A stretch of DNA of 64,000 nucleotides from assembly GCA_951406725.2 (NCBI GenBank), contig OX597824.1, positions 36,456,001 to 36,520,000 of the forward strand, in the 5' to 3' direction. This DNA is from Octopus vulgaris. Taxonomy: Eukaryota. The position numbers and the translations under genes are program-made. The notes beneath the pieces were generated by a model, which was given only the letters and a program-made list of their open reading frames with translations, was not told where the DNA came from and made no database searches. Shown piece by piece: positions 51,386-59,899 of the stretch; position 1 is the first letter of the stretch; each line of letters starts with the position of its first letter.

Positions 51386-52479
51386 CAGCAAAACATATAT
51401 CCTAAAAGGGAGATGCAGCAGGGTTTCTCAGGAGTAATTGATAATGTAGTCACTTAGATTATGACACTTATGTGGTCTGAGTCCTAATAATTATACATCT
51501 TTATGCATTGTATATTAAAAAATCTATATTGTTCATCTTTAGTTTTGGTTTTAGAGTTTGTTGTCTCTCATTGACTTCAAAGCTTGTTTAATATAATCAT
51601 CATCATTGTCATCATCGACTTCTATAATTCCTTGTTAGCTTGGTAAGTTATTATTTAAACAACCATTCCATGATAAGTAAAAATAATCCTACAAACTTTT
51701 GAATAATAAATCAGGTACTTACTAAAATCTCACTTGCAGATGGTGGAAATTTTCGAGCCATTACTCTCGGTTTTCGTAATTGTGAGTAACAAATTTTTGC
51801 ATATTTACCAACTGTTTCATCACCAATATGTTTCTTTACATATGAGACTAAATACTACAAATAAAAAAAGTATAAAAGCAATTACAGGTGTGCAGGAAAT
51901 GCAAATGCATGTTAACTTTAACAACAGGCTGTTAAGTATAAAATTTTACATTTAAAACAAGACATTTCCTAGAATGTAATCAATGAGTACAGCTATCTCA
52001 AAGTCTGAGCACATATGTAAGCAAGATTATATCGCTTATCTTTATGCAGTATCATATTATTACAGTAGATGCTATGTATTTGATGTCAGTTTGTAATATG
52101 ACAAATGATTCAGTGAATATTAGTAACTTAATACAGAAAAAAAGATTTAAATTCTACCAATTTACAAAGGAAAAAAATAAAAATAAAGATAGCAAATAAA
52201 TAAGAGCAATATTTTAACAGCATCGTAACATGAACTGGTTACTAATATTACCTTATGTAATGTTTTGCTGGCTGAGAAAGCAGCAGAACAAAAACTCATC
52301 ACACCCCAGGCCTTTATCAAAGCATCAGTATCTGGGTTCCTATGAGTCTGACGAACTATCTGGCAATATAATTCGTCCCTTAATTCAATCCGTTCCAGCC
52401 CATATCTCACAAAGTTCTGCAGAAATTGTATCACAGAATCAGAATTGGTTTCCTCTCCTCGAATGTATTTTGTTAGTTC
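448..52479 (-). CDS. Partial multi-exon gene (20 exons, 926 aa in window): tandem MyTH4-FERM-MyTH4-FERM tail of an unconventional myosin, class XXII-like; 5' and 3' parts lie outside the window
   Basis: All 20 exons have GT-AG boundaries and compatible phases with no stops. MyTH4 motifs [32 protein letters not shown] and RKLPPS. FERM motifs [58 protein letters not shown]. The motor domain is not in the window, so the myosin call is inferred from the domain architecture. Confidence 0.88.
1631..1672 (-). ncRNA. Minimal type I hammerhead ribozyme (intact core, GUC cleavage site)
   Basis: Minus strand: ccaga-CUGAUGA-c-gag-caaga-cuc-a-GAAAC-ua-GUC-ucugg; stem I ccaga/ucugg; palindromic ACUAGU stem III. 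Confidence 0.85.
2990..3158 (-). CDS. Exon 19: [12 protein letters not shown]...[19 protein letters not shown]
   Basis: ctctag| acceptor, |gtaagt donor, 169 nt, phase 2-0. Confidence 0.92.
3725..3815 (-). ncRNA. Type I hammerhead ribozyme with long stem II (intact core, GUA site)
   Basis: Minus strand: agc-CUGAAGA-u-ugca...cagaca...ugucug...ugca-u-GAAAC-uacua-GUA-gcu. Confidence 0.75.
4301..4368 (-). CDS. Exon 18: [22 protein letters not shown]
   Basis: ccatag| acceptor, |gtaaat donor, 68 nt, phase 0-2. Confidence 0.87.
4529..4836 (+). mobile_element. tRNA-derived SINE family A (other copies 8394-8690, 21988-22278)
   Basis: Head ggcgcaatagcccagtggttaggg...gtttcgattccc (A/B boxes) and a shared body. 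Confidence 0.8.
5292..5411 (-). CDS. Exon 17: [40 protein letters not shown]
   Basis: ctttcag| acceptor, |gtaagt donor, 120 nt, phase 0-0. Confidence 0.92.
5756..5818 (-). ncRNA. Hammerhead ribozyme-like motif with GAAA>GAGA core change
   Basis: Minus strand: uaauaa-CUGAUGA-c-augccag...cugacau-au-GAGAC-ucgga-GUU-uuauua; 6-bp stem I. Confidence 0.65.
5935..6775 (+). mobile_element. 5'-truncated Penelope-like element: GIY-YIG endonuclease (ORF 5998-6435) plus a hammerhead-bearing 3' region
   Basis: CSC..CPLNGAC, IIYEA...[36 protein letters not shown]...C: the Cys-rich GIY-YIG pattern of Neptune/Nematis-type Penelope-like elements; flanked by (TA)n. Confidence 0.82.
6629..6722 (+). ncRNA. Type I hammerhead ribozyme in the 3' pLTR region of the Penelope-like fragment
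   Basis: gugcag-CUGAAGA-u-ugc...(extended stem II cauuu/aaaug, aauuga/ucaauu)...gca-u-GAAAC-gauu-GUA-cugcau. Confidence 0.8.
7643..7743 (-). CDS. Exon 16: [33 protein letters not shown]
   Basis: ttccag| acceptor, |gttggt donor, 101 nt, phase 1-0. Confidence 0.87.
8144..8690 (+). mobile_element. Tandem SINEs (family E 8144-8390, then family A 8394-8690)
   Basis: Two tRNA-like heads; family E also at about 20655-20810, 49778-50080 and 54508-54832 (-). Confidence 0.75.
8727..9310 (+). repeat. Degenerate minisatellite, about 28-bp period, about 20 units
   Basis: Recurring ctgtcacaaagcttccctgtcacatggt. Confidence 0.85.
9578..9980 (+). mobile_element. SINE family B with internal (TG)/(TA) microsatellite (other copies 11353-11730, 13642-14022, 14424-14570 partial, 22420-22760)
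   Basis: Head ggctgtgtggtaag..gcttgctt...ggttcagtcccactg; tail ccagcatggccgcagtc...actgaaacaagtaa. Confidence 0.8.
10017..10098 (-). CDS. Exon 15: [27 protein letters not shown]
   Basis: tttacag| acceptor, |gtaagc donor, 82 nt, phase 0-1. Confidence 0.9.
10476..10548. repeat. 35-bp-arm hairpin with a 3-nt loop
   Basis: ctttaagacc.cgacctgttca.tgacaaaaatcc-cac-ggatttttgtca.tgaacaggtcg.ggtcttaaag. Confidence 0.85.
11853..12018 (-). mobile_element. RTE-related 3'-end fragment (more diverged copies at about 33826-34045 and 61800-62090)
   Basis: Reverse complement of the RTE tail: catcatcgtttaa...ctagcatgggttgga...gctggatgcccttcctaacgccaaccac. Confidence 0.75.
13084..13304 (-). mobile_element. 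piggyBac-type MITE family 1 copy
   Basis: Reverse complement of 139-359, TTAA flanks. Confidence 0.75.
13642..14022 (+). mobile_element. SINE family B copy
   Basis: Full head-to-tail match to 9578-9980. Confidence 0.8.
14242..14323 (-). CDS. Exon 14 (FERM #2 F1): [27 protein letters not shown]
   Basis: atttcag| acceptor, |gtgagt donor, 82 nt, phase 2-0. Confidence 0.9.
16687..16763 (-). CDS. Exon 13: [25 protein letters not shown]
   Basis: ttccag| acceptor, |gttagt donor, 77 nt, phase 0-2; MyTH4 C-terminal R-x-x-P-P-S motif. Confidence 0.9.
17992..18158 (-). CDS. Exon 12: [37 protein letters not shown]...GKFARFAYK
   Basis: ctacag| acceptor, |gtaagt donor, 167 nt, phase 1-0. Confidence 0.92.
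18406..18440 (-). ncRNA. Decayed minimal hammerhead motif in a pLTR-like repeat
   Basis: Minus strand: guuu-CUGACAA-a-gagc-ucc-gcuu-GAAAC-GUA-aaac; the changes fit CpG decay of CUGACGA and gcuc. Confidence 0.5.
19570..20188 (+). mobile_element. Three tandem copies of TTAA-type MITE family 2 (single copies at about 3312-3498 and 11030-11222)
   Basis: Repeated tttagcatttaaac.ggccatatcc...acacctaccctacaatgt...cagaataatctgaatgctaaagggttaa. Confidence 0.75.
21642..21761 (-). CDS. Exon 11 (MyTH4 #2): [39 protein letters not shown]
   Basis: atttcag| acceptor, |gtaagg donor, 120 nt, phase 1-1. Confidence 0.92.
21988..22278 (+). mobile_element. SINE family A copy
   Basis: High similarity to 4529-4836. 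Confidence 0.8.
23098..23489 (+). repeat. Local diverged direct duplication (about 108 bp; 23098-23205 and 23382-23489)
   Basis: ctttcatc.accctaaaagaaca...agcattagtt.cttgattaaagaagcct present twice. Confidence 0.8.
23716..23912 (-). CDS. Exon 10 (linker and start of MyTH4 #2): [11 protein letters not shown]...[14 protein letters not shown]...AFAGVEDS
   Basis: ctgtag| acceptor, |gtaag donor, 197 nt, phase 2-1. Confidence 0.9.
24962..25098 (-). CDS. Exon 9 (inter-module linker): [45 protein letters not shown]
   Basis: cttatag| acceptor, |gtaagt donor, 137 nt, phase 0-2. Confidence 0.85.
27256..27660 (-). CDS. Exon 8 (FERM F2/F3): [30 protein letters not shown]...DNWKK
   Basis: ttttctag| acceptor, |gtacgc donor, 405 nt, phase 0-0; matches ORF 27199..27651. 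Confidence 0.93.
28120..29358 (+). mobile_element. Near full-length, inactivated mariner (DD34D) DNA transposon
   Basis: TIRs ttgggttggcaactaagttcctg / caggaacttagttgccagctcaa flanked by TA; transposase motifs [14 protein letters not shown], a degenerate HDNA-like motif and HPPYSP; stops and frameshifts after 28774. Confidence 0.92.
28250..29282 (+). pseudogene. Mariner transposase pseudogene
   Basis: ORF 28250-28774 (HTH plus first catalytic D), then a disrupted frame ending ...NKGEYIID*. Confidence 0.88.
30098..30188 (-). CDS. Exon 7: [30 protein letters not shown]
   Basis: ttttag| acceptor, |gtaagc donor, 91 nt, phase 2-0. Confidence 0.88.
30316..30427. repeat. 112-bp spacerless near-perfect palindrome centred on CTCGAG (30371/30372)
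   Basis: ttttctatcctca...agttttggccag.tacactc|gagtgta.ctggccaaaact...tgaggatagaaaa. Confidence 0.9.
30430..30770 (+). repeat. (TA)n-flanked pLTR-like interspersed repeat with a hammerhead-like motif (related copies 36845-37025 +, 41925-42110 -, 18300-18480 -)
   Basis: Shared gaagagcgtaggctcgaaacgttaaagacttt...actaatacatctgtttgtt...cacctgtcttcgtcttttgt. Confidence 0.7.
30636..30671 (+). ncRNA. Minimal hammerhead-like motif with variant core CUGUAGA
   Basis: cuuu-CUGUAGA-a-gagc-guag-gcuc-GAAAC-GUU-aaag; palindromic AACGUU. Confidence 0.55.
31502..31599 (-). CDS. Exon 6 (FERM F2): [32 protein letters not shown]
   Basis: ttttcag| acceptor, |gtaaac donor, 98 nt, phase 0-2. Confidence 0.9.
31806..32217. 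mobile_element. MITE with about 27-bp TIRs
   Basis: gatcttttcggtttgaacggcagttttt / aaaaactgccgttcaaaccaaaagatc; no clean TSD. Confidence 0.8.
33467..33656 (-). CDS. Exon 5: QKHLTNTP...[36 protein letters not shown]
   Basis: ttccag| acceptor, |gtaagt donor, 190 nt, phase 2-0. Confidence 0.9.
34230..34300 (-). CDS. Exon 4: [23 protein letters not shown]
   Basis: ctctcag| acceptor, |gtgagt donor, 71 nt, phase 0-2; FERM F1 D-x-L-x-x-W-E motif. Confidence 0.9.
34384..34586. mobile_element. MITE with 34-bp TIRs and an 8-bp TSD (Merlin- or hAT-like)
   Basis: TIR ggcgatcattcggtacaagtaccataactgccaa / ttggcagttatggtacttgtaccgaaagatcgcc; TSD ctgaagac at 34376-34383 and 34587-34594. Confidence 0.9.
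36009..36055 (+). ncRNA. Decayed minimal hammerhead motif
   Basis: ugcugu-g-CUGAUGA-ugcuu-auag-aggca-GAAAC-auau-UUC-a-acagca; stem III C-G pair lost. Confidence 0.55.
37730..38045. repeat. Compound (TA)n/(CA)n microsatellite (many others, e.g. (AAT)n 15063-15131, (CTAT)n 44747-44836, (GAT)/(AAT)n 59210-59295)
   Basis: Direct inspection. Confidence 0.95.
39001..39386 (-). mobile_element. SINE family B copy (reverse)
   Basis: Reverse complement of 13642-14022. Confidence 0.8.
39698..39935 (+). mobile_element. SINE family C (related copies: 2283-2508 -, 14866-15064 -, 15978-16213 -, 25230-25365 -, 39455-39665 -, 47955-48115 +, 49080-49279 -, 57270-57430 -, 59296-59510 -)
   Basis: aaggcggcgagctggcagaa...gttctgagttcaaattcc...ctttgcctttcatcctt...agtaccagt; often next to (AAT)n. 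Confidence 0.8.
40676..40887. repeat. Inverted duplication with about 100-bp arms and a 9-nt spacer
   Basis: Arms 40676-40775 and 40785-40887 are reverse complements apart from a 3-nt indel. Confidence 0.93.
41644..41802 (-). CDS. Exon 3 (FERM #1 F1): [22 protein letters not shown]...GWALYE
   Basis: tttttcag| acceptor, |gtgagt donor, 159 nt. Confidence 0.92.
43025..43705 (-). mobile_element. Highly decayed LINE reverse transcriptase fragment
   Basis: [10 protein letters not shown] (YADD-like) and an AFDTVD-like remnant near 43682-43700; cut by a TTAA MITE. Confidence 0.45.
43711..43918 (+). mobile_element. piggyBac-type MITE family 1 copy
   Basis: ttaa-ccctttc...gaaaggg-ttaa. Confidence 0.8.
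44489..44671. repeat. Foldback hairpin with about 88-bp arms and a 4-nt loop
   Basis: agaacaag...ttttcagcatgtaaatactgagc...aaatttg-tcag-caaattt...gctcagtatttacatgctgaaaa...cttgttct. Confidence 0.9.
45210..45404 (+). mobile_element. SINE family B 5' half (3' half at 47342-47615), split by the RTE insertion
   Basis: Head and body up to the (TA)n; the body resumes gtgtctgtgtttgtc... after the LINE tail. Confidence 0.85.
45405..47341 (+). mobile_element. 5'-truncated RTE-clade LINE (end of ORF, tandemly amplified 3' UTR, (GAT)n tail) inserted in the (TA)n of a SINE
   Basis: [33 protein letters not shown]...[12 protein letters not shown]...[10 protein letters not shown] is a typical RTE C-terminus; ends ggacgttaaacgatgatgat. 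Confidence 0.9.
45995..47120 (+). repeat. Tandem array of about 6 units of 176-198 bp, alternating long and short
   Basis: Unit starts (acgacaggc) at 45995, 46188, 46365, 46563, 46739, 46937. Confidence 0.92.
48117..48370 (+). mobile_element. RTE 3'-end fragment, near-identical to 47090-47341
   Basis: Same 3' UTR sequence and (GAT)n tail. Confidence 0.85.
48420..48770 (+). mobile_element. Older RTE-related 3'-end fragment
   Basis: ggaagggcatccagct motifs, acccatgctagcatgga, (GAT)n tail. Confidence 0.7.
50560..50781 (+). mobile_element. piggyBac-type MITE family 1, diverged copy
   Basis: ttaa-ccctttc...aaagga-ttaa with a shared internal sequence. Confidence 0.65.
50950..51230 (+). mobile_element. 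Decayed Tc1-type transposase fragment
   Basis: QE.APFH...W...S..LNPIENV, resembling the QDNAPxH and SPDLNPIENxW motifs. Confidence 0.55.
51723..51854 (-). CDS. Exon 2 (MyTH4 #1 end): [44 protein letters not shown]
   Basis: tttgtag| acceptor, |gtaagt donor, 132 nt, phase 0-0; not in ORF track. Confidence 0.9.
52252..52479 (-). CDS. Exon 1 in window (MyTH4 #1): [10 protein letters not shown]...[17 protein letters not shown]...SKTLHK
   Basis: ttttaacag| acceptor, |gtaat donor, 228 nt, phase 0-0. Confidence 0.92.
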
Positions 52480-55281
52480 CTGTTAAAAGAAAAGAAACAT
52501 GATTCCAAATAGTTTTTAATAGTTGACTCATACAAACAAGTCTGGAAACAAAGTTATCATATTTAAAATCTAAAATATTACATGCTTTAACCTTTTAACT
52601 TATCCACATGGAATTTGTGAATATTTTCTCCAAGAAACAAGTGTTATGAAATAAAGATAAATGGATTAAATATAATCTAAGATTTGAAATAATTGACTGA
52701 ACAACACAATGCAATTCATGAACAACACAATACATTAATGGACAGTATTTTGGATTGATCAGTTAAGATTCTTAACGAGAGGAATAAGATAAATTCCACC
52801 TTTCCAAGTAGCAGAAGTCTAGTTAATAACTTTCCTACTACAACAGAATTATGGCTCATATCATTGAGTTAATGATATATTTTTGATGAGAAGTGAATTG
52901 GAATCTCAGCTATACCATACTATTAAAGCTGTCTGTTCTCTAAAATACAAGACACTATAAACTTAGATTTGCAGACAATGGCAATTATATCGAAAATCAA
53001 CCAATTATTCTAGTTGTCACAAGTGACAAAGGCAGGTAACGTAATCAACAGTTAACAAACTCAAGAATTACTTTGAAATCCCAATTCTGAATTGAACCTG
53101 TGTTCTTGGTACATTTGTAAAATATAATTTTAAAGTGTGCAGTAACAAAAACAAGATTATAAAAATAGTCTGGTTCATCTTTTGTTTTCTTTTTCTTTCT
53201 CAAGTAAGAATCAATAGATTCTCAGACAGAGGGTATCAATCCGATCTTTTTAGTTCCCCACAAACAAACAAAGCAAAAGAAAACAGTTTTCTATACATTC
53301 CCACCTCTCGTTCCACTTAACGTTTCATTTTCCCTTTAATATATATGATCTTTTAAATTCAAAGAGTCTAATAATAATAATAGCAGCAGCAGCAGTAGTT
53401 ACAACAACAACAATAATGACACCAACAGCAGAAATATATTGACCATTTGTAGTGTTGGGTAGAAGAAATCAATATCCACCTCTTATTGGTTTGCTTTCCT
53501 CTCTGATTCCTGATTCTATCAGAAACAGTGCTATTTATTTGTATATCTTACTGGGTAATTTTCCTAGCACCAAAGCCGAAAGCTAGGAATCCAAGATCAA
53601 TAGTCTGTAGGAAGGGTTGAGGTTTCTTTCCTTCATACAATCAGTGGCCAATATGGTAGAATCAATACTGAGATTTCAATAGCAAATATTGCTGTTTTCT
53701 CAACCAAAAGGAGTAGATCAAATGACGTCTGTTTTTAACCCTCAAAATAAAACTCAGCTAAAAAGAAATTACCATACATGATATCATTTCTAAGTTCTTT
53801 TTATTTCTGTTGACTACAAAAACTGGTATACATGGGCCATTACTGTACAGATGATAATAACGAAACATTAAAATCAATATATTTTTGTCTCCATAAACTA
53901 TACAGAAATGAATGGAATTGAGAAGCTTAAATGTCAGACAATTCAGAGAAATCAAGATACGATAAACATTCAATGTCAGAGAGATTTTTTTCTCTGGTCT
54001 TTATCTTGAATTAATTCTCAGATATTGGAAAGGACCTATATCTTATTAGAGGCTCCACTAAGTCAAATACTCCACAGAATGGTTATCTACAATAATTTAT
54101 GTATTCTAACCTTTTTTTCTTTTGAGACTTTACAGTTTTTTTTTCTTTTAAATCAATCCAATGTAGTGTTTTTACCATATTCCTGAATCTTACTAATAAT
54201 AGCCTGGCATGTCTTGTGTTATATAATTCCATCGATATCTTAGAAACTTTATAATAATACACATCACTCCCAGTACTTGATCGCTACTTTCTTTATTTAT
54301 CCCGGAAAGAAAGAAGACAAAATTGACCTTGGCAAGATTTGAAATCAGAACATAAAGGACTGTAAGTACTGTCAGGCACTATTTCTTATGCTCTAATAAT
54401 TCAATCAGTCTACAACTACGGTGCCAAGAATGAGAAAATTGTCATAATATCAATTGTTCTAAGGAATAAACAGCTACTTCTTAACATAGTATTTCTAAAA
54501 TAATGGTAAAGGCAAAGACCCCCTTCGGTCATGAATGACCATGGGATTGCACCAAGAAAGTTACTCTCTGAAGCACAAATTCGGGCAAGGTTCTTTATGG
54601 AAGACTAGCAGTTGTTCATGCATAGCAGCCTCCCCTTTCCACGCCAGTGATGTTATCCAAGGGAAAGGCAAAAGCCAGCACAGTTTGGCACCTGAGACAT
54701 TGCAACTCATTTCTACAGCTGAGTGAACAGGGGCAATATGAAATGAAGTGTCTTGCTCAAGAATACAACACACAGCCTGGTCCAGGAATTGCACTCACTA
54801 CCTCATGATTTTGAATCCAGTGCTCCAGTGACTAACTTAATATTTTATTGTGGTTAAATAATTCTGTTTTAGTTTTGGAAAATGAGATTAGTGACTTTAC
54901 AGAACTATTTCAAATTTTGATAAATAATAGTTTGAAGGAGCAGATAATAGGTAACAGTGGGGGATGGAATCTCATGAAAAATTTTAAACAGTTTGATTTA
55001 TCATGTTAGTAAAAGTAATAAGTATTAGCCATAATCTTGAAATTTCGTTGACAATTAAATATTAGTTTGTTAATGTCTTCAAAGCAGCAATGTGTCTAAC
55101 ACTGTTGCAGTATCTTGTTGGATTTTAGATTTGTTGGTAAAATTGTACTGCAATGTTGGCTGTGATTTACCTTAGTTTATTCAATATTAACTTAGTCAAG
55201 ATCTGCCTAATATAGTTAACAACATCCTAATCTAATTTAATAAGGCCAGGCAACTGATTAACATGATGTCACTCACACACA

Positions 55282-55329
<48 letters not shown>

Positions 55330-57699
55330 CTTAATCTCACTGATATCAAATTTGTTTAGCAAATATCAACTCAATCTAATCACTATGTTCAATTCAGGAT
55401 AGTAAAAATCAAGTTAATCCTAATTATTAGAAGAGATAACCCTTTTGTCCTGTCTACTGTTTTCCATTAAAATCCAACAAACATTATATTGATTCAGACA
55501 GTCAGGACCCAGCTATTTTGGCTTAATAACACCATTGATATATTCACCATTAAAAGAGTACAACTGTCTTTTCTTCTTGTGCTAGGTTATTCTACATAAA
55601 TATTTCTATGATATGTTTTACATTTCAATATGTACATCTGATGGTTATATTTGAACCTTCAACATAAATCTCTGACATACAACTAGAATGCAACCATAAT
55701 AATTGTAAACTAACATTGACATAAATTTCACAGCCAAGCTTAATGAAACTCAAGTTATCTAGTTCAAAGTTAATCCTGATTAAGTAAAAATATTACCAAA
55801 GGTAGAGCAAGCATGATCCTCCCATCATTTTAGGGATCTCAAGAAGCCAACAAAAGAGCTTCTACATATTGCTAAACATCCAAGAAATAGCAACCAAATC
55901 TCCCTCCAAATCACATCGTAACATTGGTGTATTTGGTATAGTAGCAACACATTAATTGCATATCACAAGGAAATAGAAAAATCATGCATCAAGGCCACTT
56001 CTTCCACTTCAGCTGAATCATCAAAACAAGTTTGGGAGATGGCCTAGCCTGCCTGATGTAGCAGCTACACCTACCTCAATAAACTTCCAATTGTCTTTGA
56101 AGCAAGGACTGTGTATTTGGAGTCCATAAATCTTAGTAAAACATTTCTCAAAAACAAAGATAGCTTGACCCAAAACTGCTTCTAAGCCAGATATTTCCAA
56201 AATGTGAGTCATGACACTTGAGCATGTTGATAAACTCTACACATAACAAGAAATTAACTCAAATGTTATCAATTTTTATGAATAGTTAGTTGTAAAATAT
56301 ATTTGTTTTGACAACTTTATATATAATTAGATATGTGACTAGTAACACATTATACTTAAATACTAACAGATCTTAATGCCTCCCCCAAAATTTTAGTTTT
56401 AAAATGTGTTGCTCAGGTGAAAAGATTATCCTTAGCATTAAATTGCAGTTTCTATATGAAAAAGTTTACTTAAGAACAGCTAGTTGGTGCTACACAATGA
56501 ATTCTTATCTCAAACTTTGGACATATTATAGCAAACTGAATGCAATATACCTAAATTATTAAGTTACATATCACATTATCAGTTACTGCATGAATGTGGT
56601 ACTAAGTATTACTCCAGTCTCGAGTTAGACATATTAGATCATCTTCTCTAAGGATCATGTCTAAACCTTCATTCAGTTCATTTCACAAATCTATTAGAGA
56701 TTAGCTAATTGAACTTTACTCAACAAAAACAGTAAAATAGCTGTTTGAGTTCTGGAATTTGAGCTTAGACCAACAGAATTATAATTTCTTTTCCACATCG
56801 AAACAAGTGAAATAAATGTTAGTCACAACAAATAATTCTAATTATAGTTAAAAACAGGTAGATTTTATTCAAACTATATTTGGAAGATTTTGTCGTAGAC
56901 TAAGTTCTAGGTGTGGCAACCAGCCTTAGACTTACAAAAAGTAAAGTTTAACCATATTTTTTTGCATCTAATGAGTTTAAATAGAATAAGATGGTTCACA
57001 CCTTTTCCTTGCAATGTTTGACAGTAAAAGAACAGCAATTTTTTTTTTCTTTTTAACCCGACAAATCTGCTTTATGATAGTTAAAAAAGGACTGTAAAAA
57101 AATCAACAGATATTGTCAGGAAAAAGAGTAAAAACAAATTCAAAAATTCATTCTGCTACGAAAGGGCACATTTACTACAACTGCTGCTGTTGCTGCTGCT
57201 ACTACTACTGCTACTGCTACTAGAACGATTTTAAAAATTTATTTGCCAAAAAGGATAATAATGATTTCTCTGTTTGGCATCAGTTCACAGATTTTTGGAG
57301 GTGGATATGATTGATTTAATTGATTCTTTACACTAATTTTATTGACGACTGTAGAAGGATGAAAAGCAAAGTAAATCCCACTAGGATTTGAAATCAGAAT
57401 ATAAAAGCCCATAACTAAATACTGCACAACATTTAGTTGAGTAATAACAGTTAAATTGTAACAGTTGAGCAGTAGATGTCCTACAGTGCTTCCTCAACTA
57501 AAGATTGGTAAAAGGTAAAGTTGAAATCAATAGATTTCTTCTTATTACAACATAAACAATAATGATGGGATTGACAAGATTAAACATATGGTAGGAGCAT
57601 ATGCTAATAATACAAGAAAACATATTTTCATTTAATGCAGAACATATTACTATTTTTTCAATAGAAGCGGGTGAAGAACACACCGAAAGGCTCCAATGA

Positions 57700-59130
57700 C
57701 CATCCGATCATTGACAAAATAGCAATGACTAGTGCAAGAGATGACAGACAGCATGGGTCATCTTCAAAATTGCTTACAACATTGTGCACCATTCTTGGAT
57801 TGTGGGGTCACTTAGAATGCTTGGCAGAGCTGAAAATCTAACCGACATCTTCAGTGATAGCACTACACATTGTACAATGGACTTGATGGTGAACATGAAA
57901 TCACTGGGAAGTGTAGCTATTAAAAGAGGTGTTTTCCAGAGGGAGATTCTTTCTCTCCCTTATTTGCTTTTGTGTTACTAACACTTTCAATGACACATAG
58001 GAAAATCAATAGGAACTACAAACTAGGAAGAAACACATCTTTTCTGAATTAGCTAGCCTTCATGGAAGGCCTAAAGTCTAAAAGAAGAGATCAATTCACT
58101 TGTTAAAACAGTAAATGTGTGTTGCAGAGATGTTGGAATGGAGTTTGGTACATTAAAATGTGCAACTTAAGCCGTGAAGAGAGCAATGAGAGAACATTTT
58201 AATGGAATAAACTTACTGGAAGAATGGATTTCAGAAACTGATGACAATGGATACAAGTATCTAGGAATTCTAGAACTCAGTAATATTATGTATATGGAAA
58301 TGAAGGAAAAAGTGAAAACAATATATTTGAAGAGATTAAAGCTTGTATTGAAGTCCGAATCTAATTCAAGGAATCAGTTAAATCTGATCAATGCCTGGGT
58401 TGTTGTAGCCATGCATTATATAAGTGTTGGAATAGTGAATTGGATGGGAAATAAAATAGATGCATTAAGCAGAAAAATGAAAAAAAGCCTTAATTATGCA
58501 TGGAGCACTTCATCCAAAGGCCAATATCAGTCATTTATACATGGAATGGAAGATTGGCGAGAAAGGATTTATTAGTATTTCTGATTGTGTGAATAAAGAA
58601 CAAAAGTTAGTAGATCCCTACATTGCAAAGAGTGGAAGAAGAACTACTGGAATGAGTTGCAATGGAACTTGGATTTACTTGTGTCATACTTAAAGAGAAG
58701 AAAATATATGAAAGCATAATAATTTGCAAAAGGAAGAGTTAAAAGAAATGGACAGTTTCTCAGAGACACCACGAAAAATTACAACTCATCATGGGGAAGT
58801 CTCTGAAGTAGAGATTTACAGAGCTCTAAACATTAGTTCAGTGAAGAATAGTATCTATTCCACTGATTCAATGAACAAGCAGTGCCTATGTAAACAGTGA
58901 GTGAAAAATATTGAGCATACGAAAATGTTAACACAGAAAGAAATATAAACAACATCAGGATAATGTTTGTCACAATTTATCACAACTGACACCAGTCACT
59001 TTCTATTATATGTGAATACAACATGCCAGACAAGTGATACAAGCCTGTACTAGATAAACCAAAAATTCTACAAGATTTTGACATCCAGACATCTAGAACA
59101 ATTGAAGACTGCAAATTAGATATCATTATG
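57700..59130 (+). mobile_element. Degenerate R4/Dong-like non-LTR retrotransposon remnant
   Basis: Broken frames give IKRGVFQG(DSLSP), YKYLGILE, LKSESNSRN..INAW and HGALHPKA...LY; adjacent to (TAA)n tracts; boundaries approximate. Confidence 0.7.
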
Positions 59131-59243
59131 CAAGAATGTAAAGAAGGATGAAATGCTGCTAAGCATTTTGCCTAGCATGTCAATGTTTTTGCCAGCTTCT
59201 TGTCTTGATAATGATGATGATGATGATGATGATGATGATAATG

Positions 59244-59296
<53 letters not shown>

Positions 59297-59507
59297 CCCT
59301 TCTACTGGAGGCAAAAGGCCTGAAATTTGGTGGGGAGGGGTCTAGTTGATTAGATCGACCCATGTTTTACTGGTATTTAATTCATCGAACCCGTAAAGAT
59401 GAAAGGCAAAGTCAACATCTGCAGAATTTCAACTCAGAACACAGCTGCAGACGAAATACCACAACGCATTTCACCTGGTGTGCTAATCTTTCTGCCAGCT
59501 CACCACC

Positions 59508-59574
<67 letters not shown>

Positions 59575-59899
59575 TAATAATAATAATACTAATAATAATA
59601 ATGGCAGCTACTAGTGAACAGGGCTATTATTCAAGCCTTAGAATAACCTAAATTGATTCATGAAAACTATCTGATAATAGTGTGTACCACTGTTGGTCAA
59701 TGGAAATACACCCCATTACACAAAGGAACCTCAAAACTAATAAAGGACATCAATGAAATCATGTCAAAATATAAAACAAATGTTAATATAAAGCAAAGAG
59801 AAGACAATTAAAGAATTTCTGTATTCATATAAGGAGCTATTATCCTCTTTGATCTATAGACTAAGCCCGAAAACAAATCTGTAGAATGAAACCACCAAT

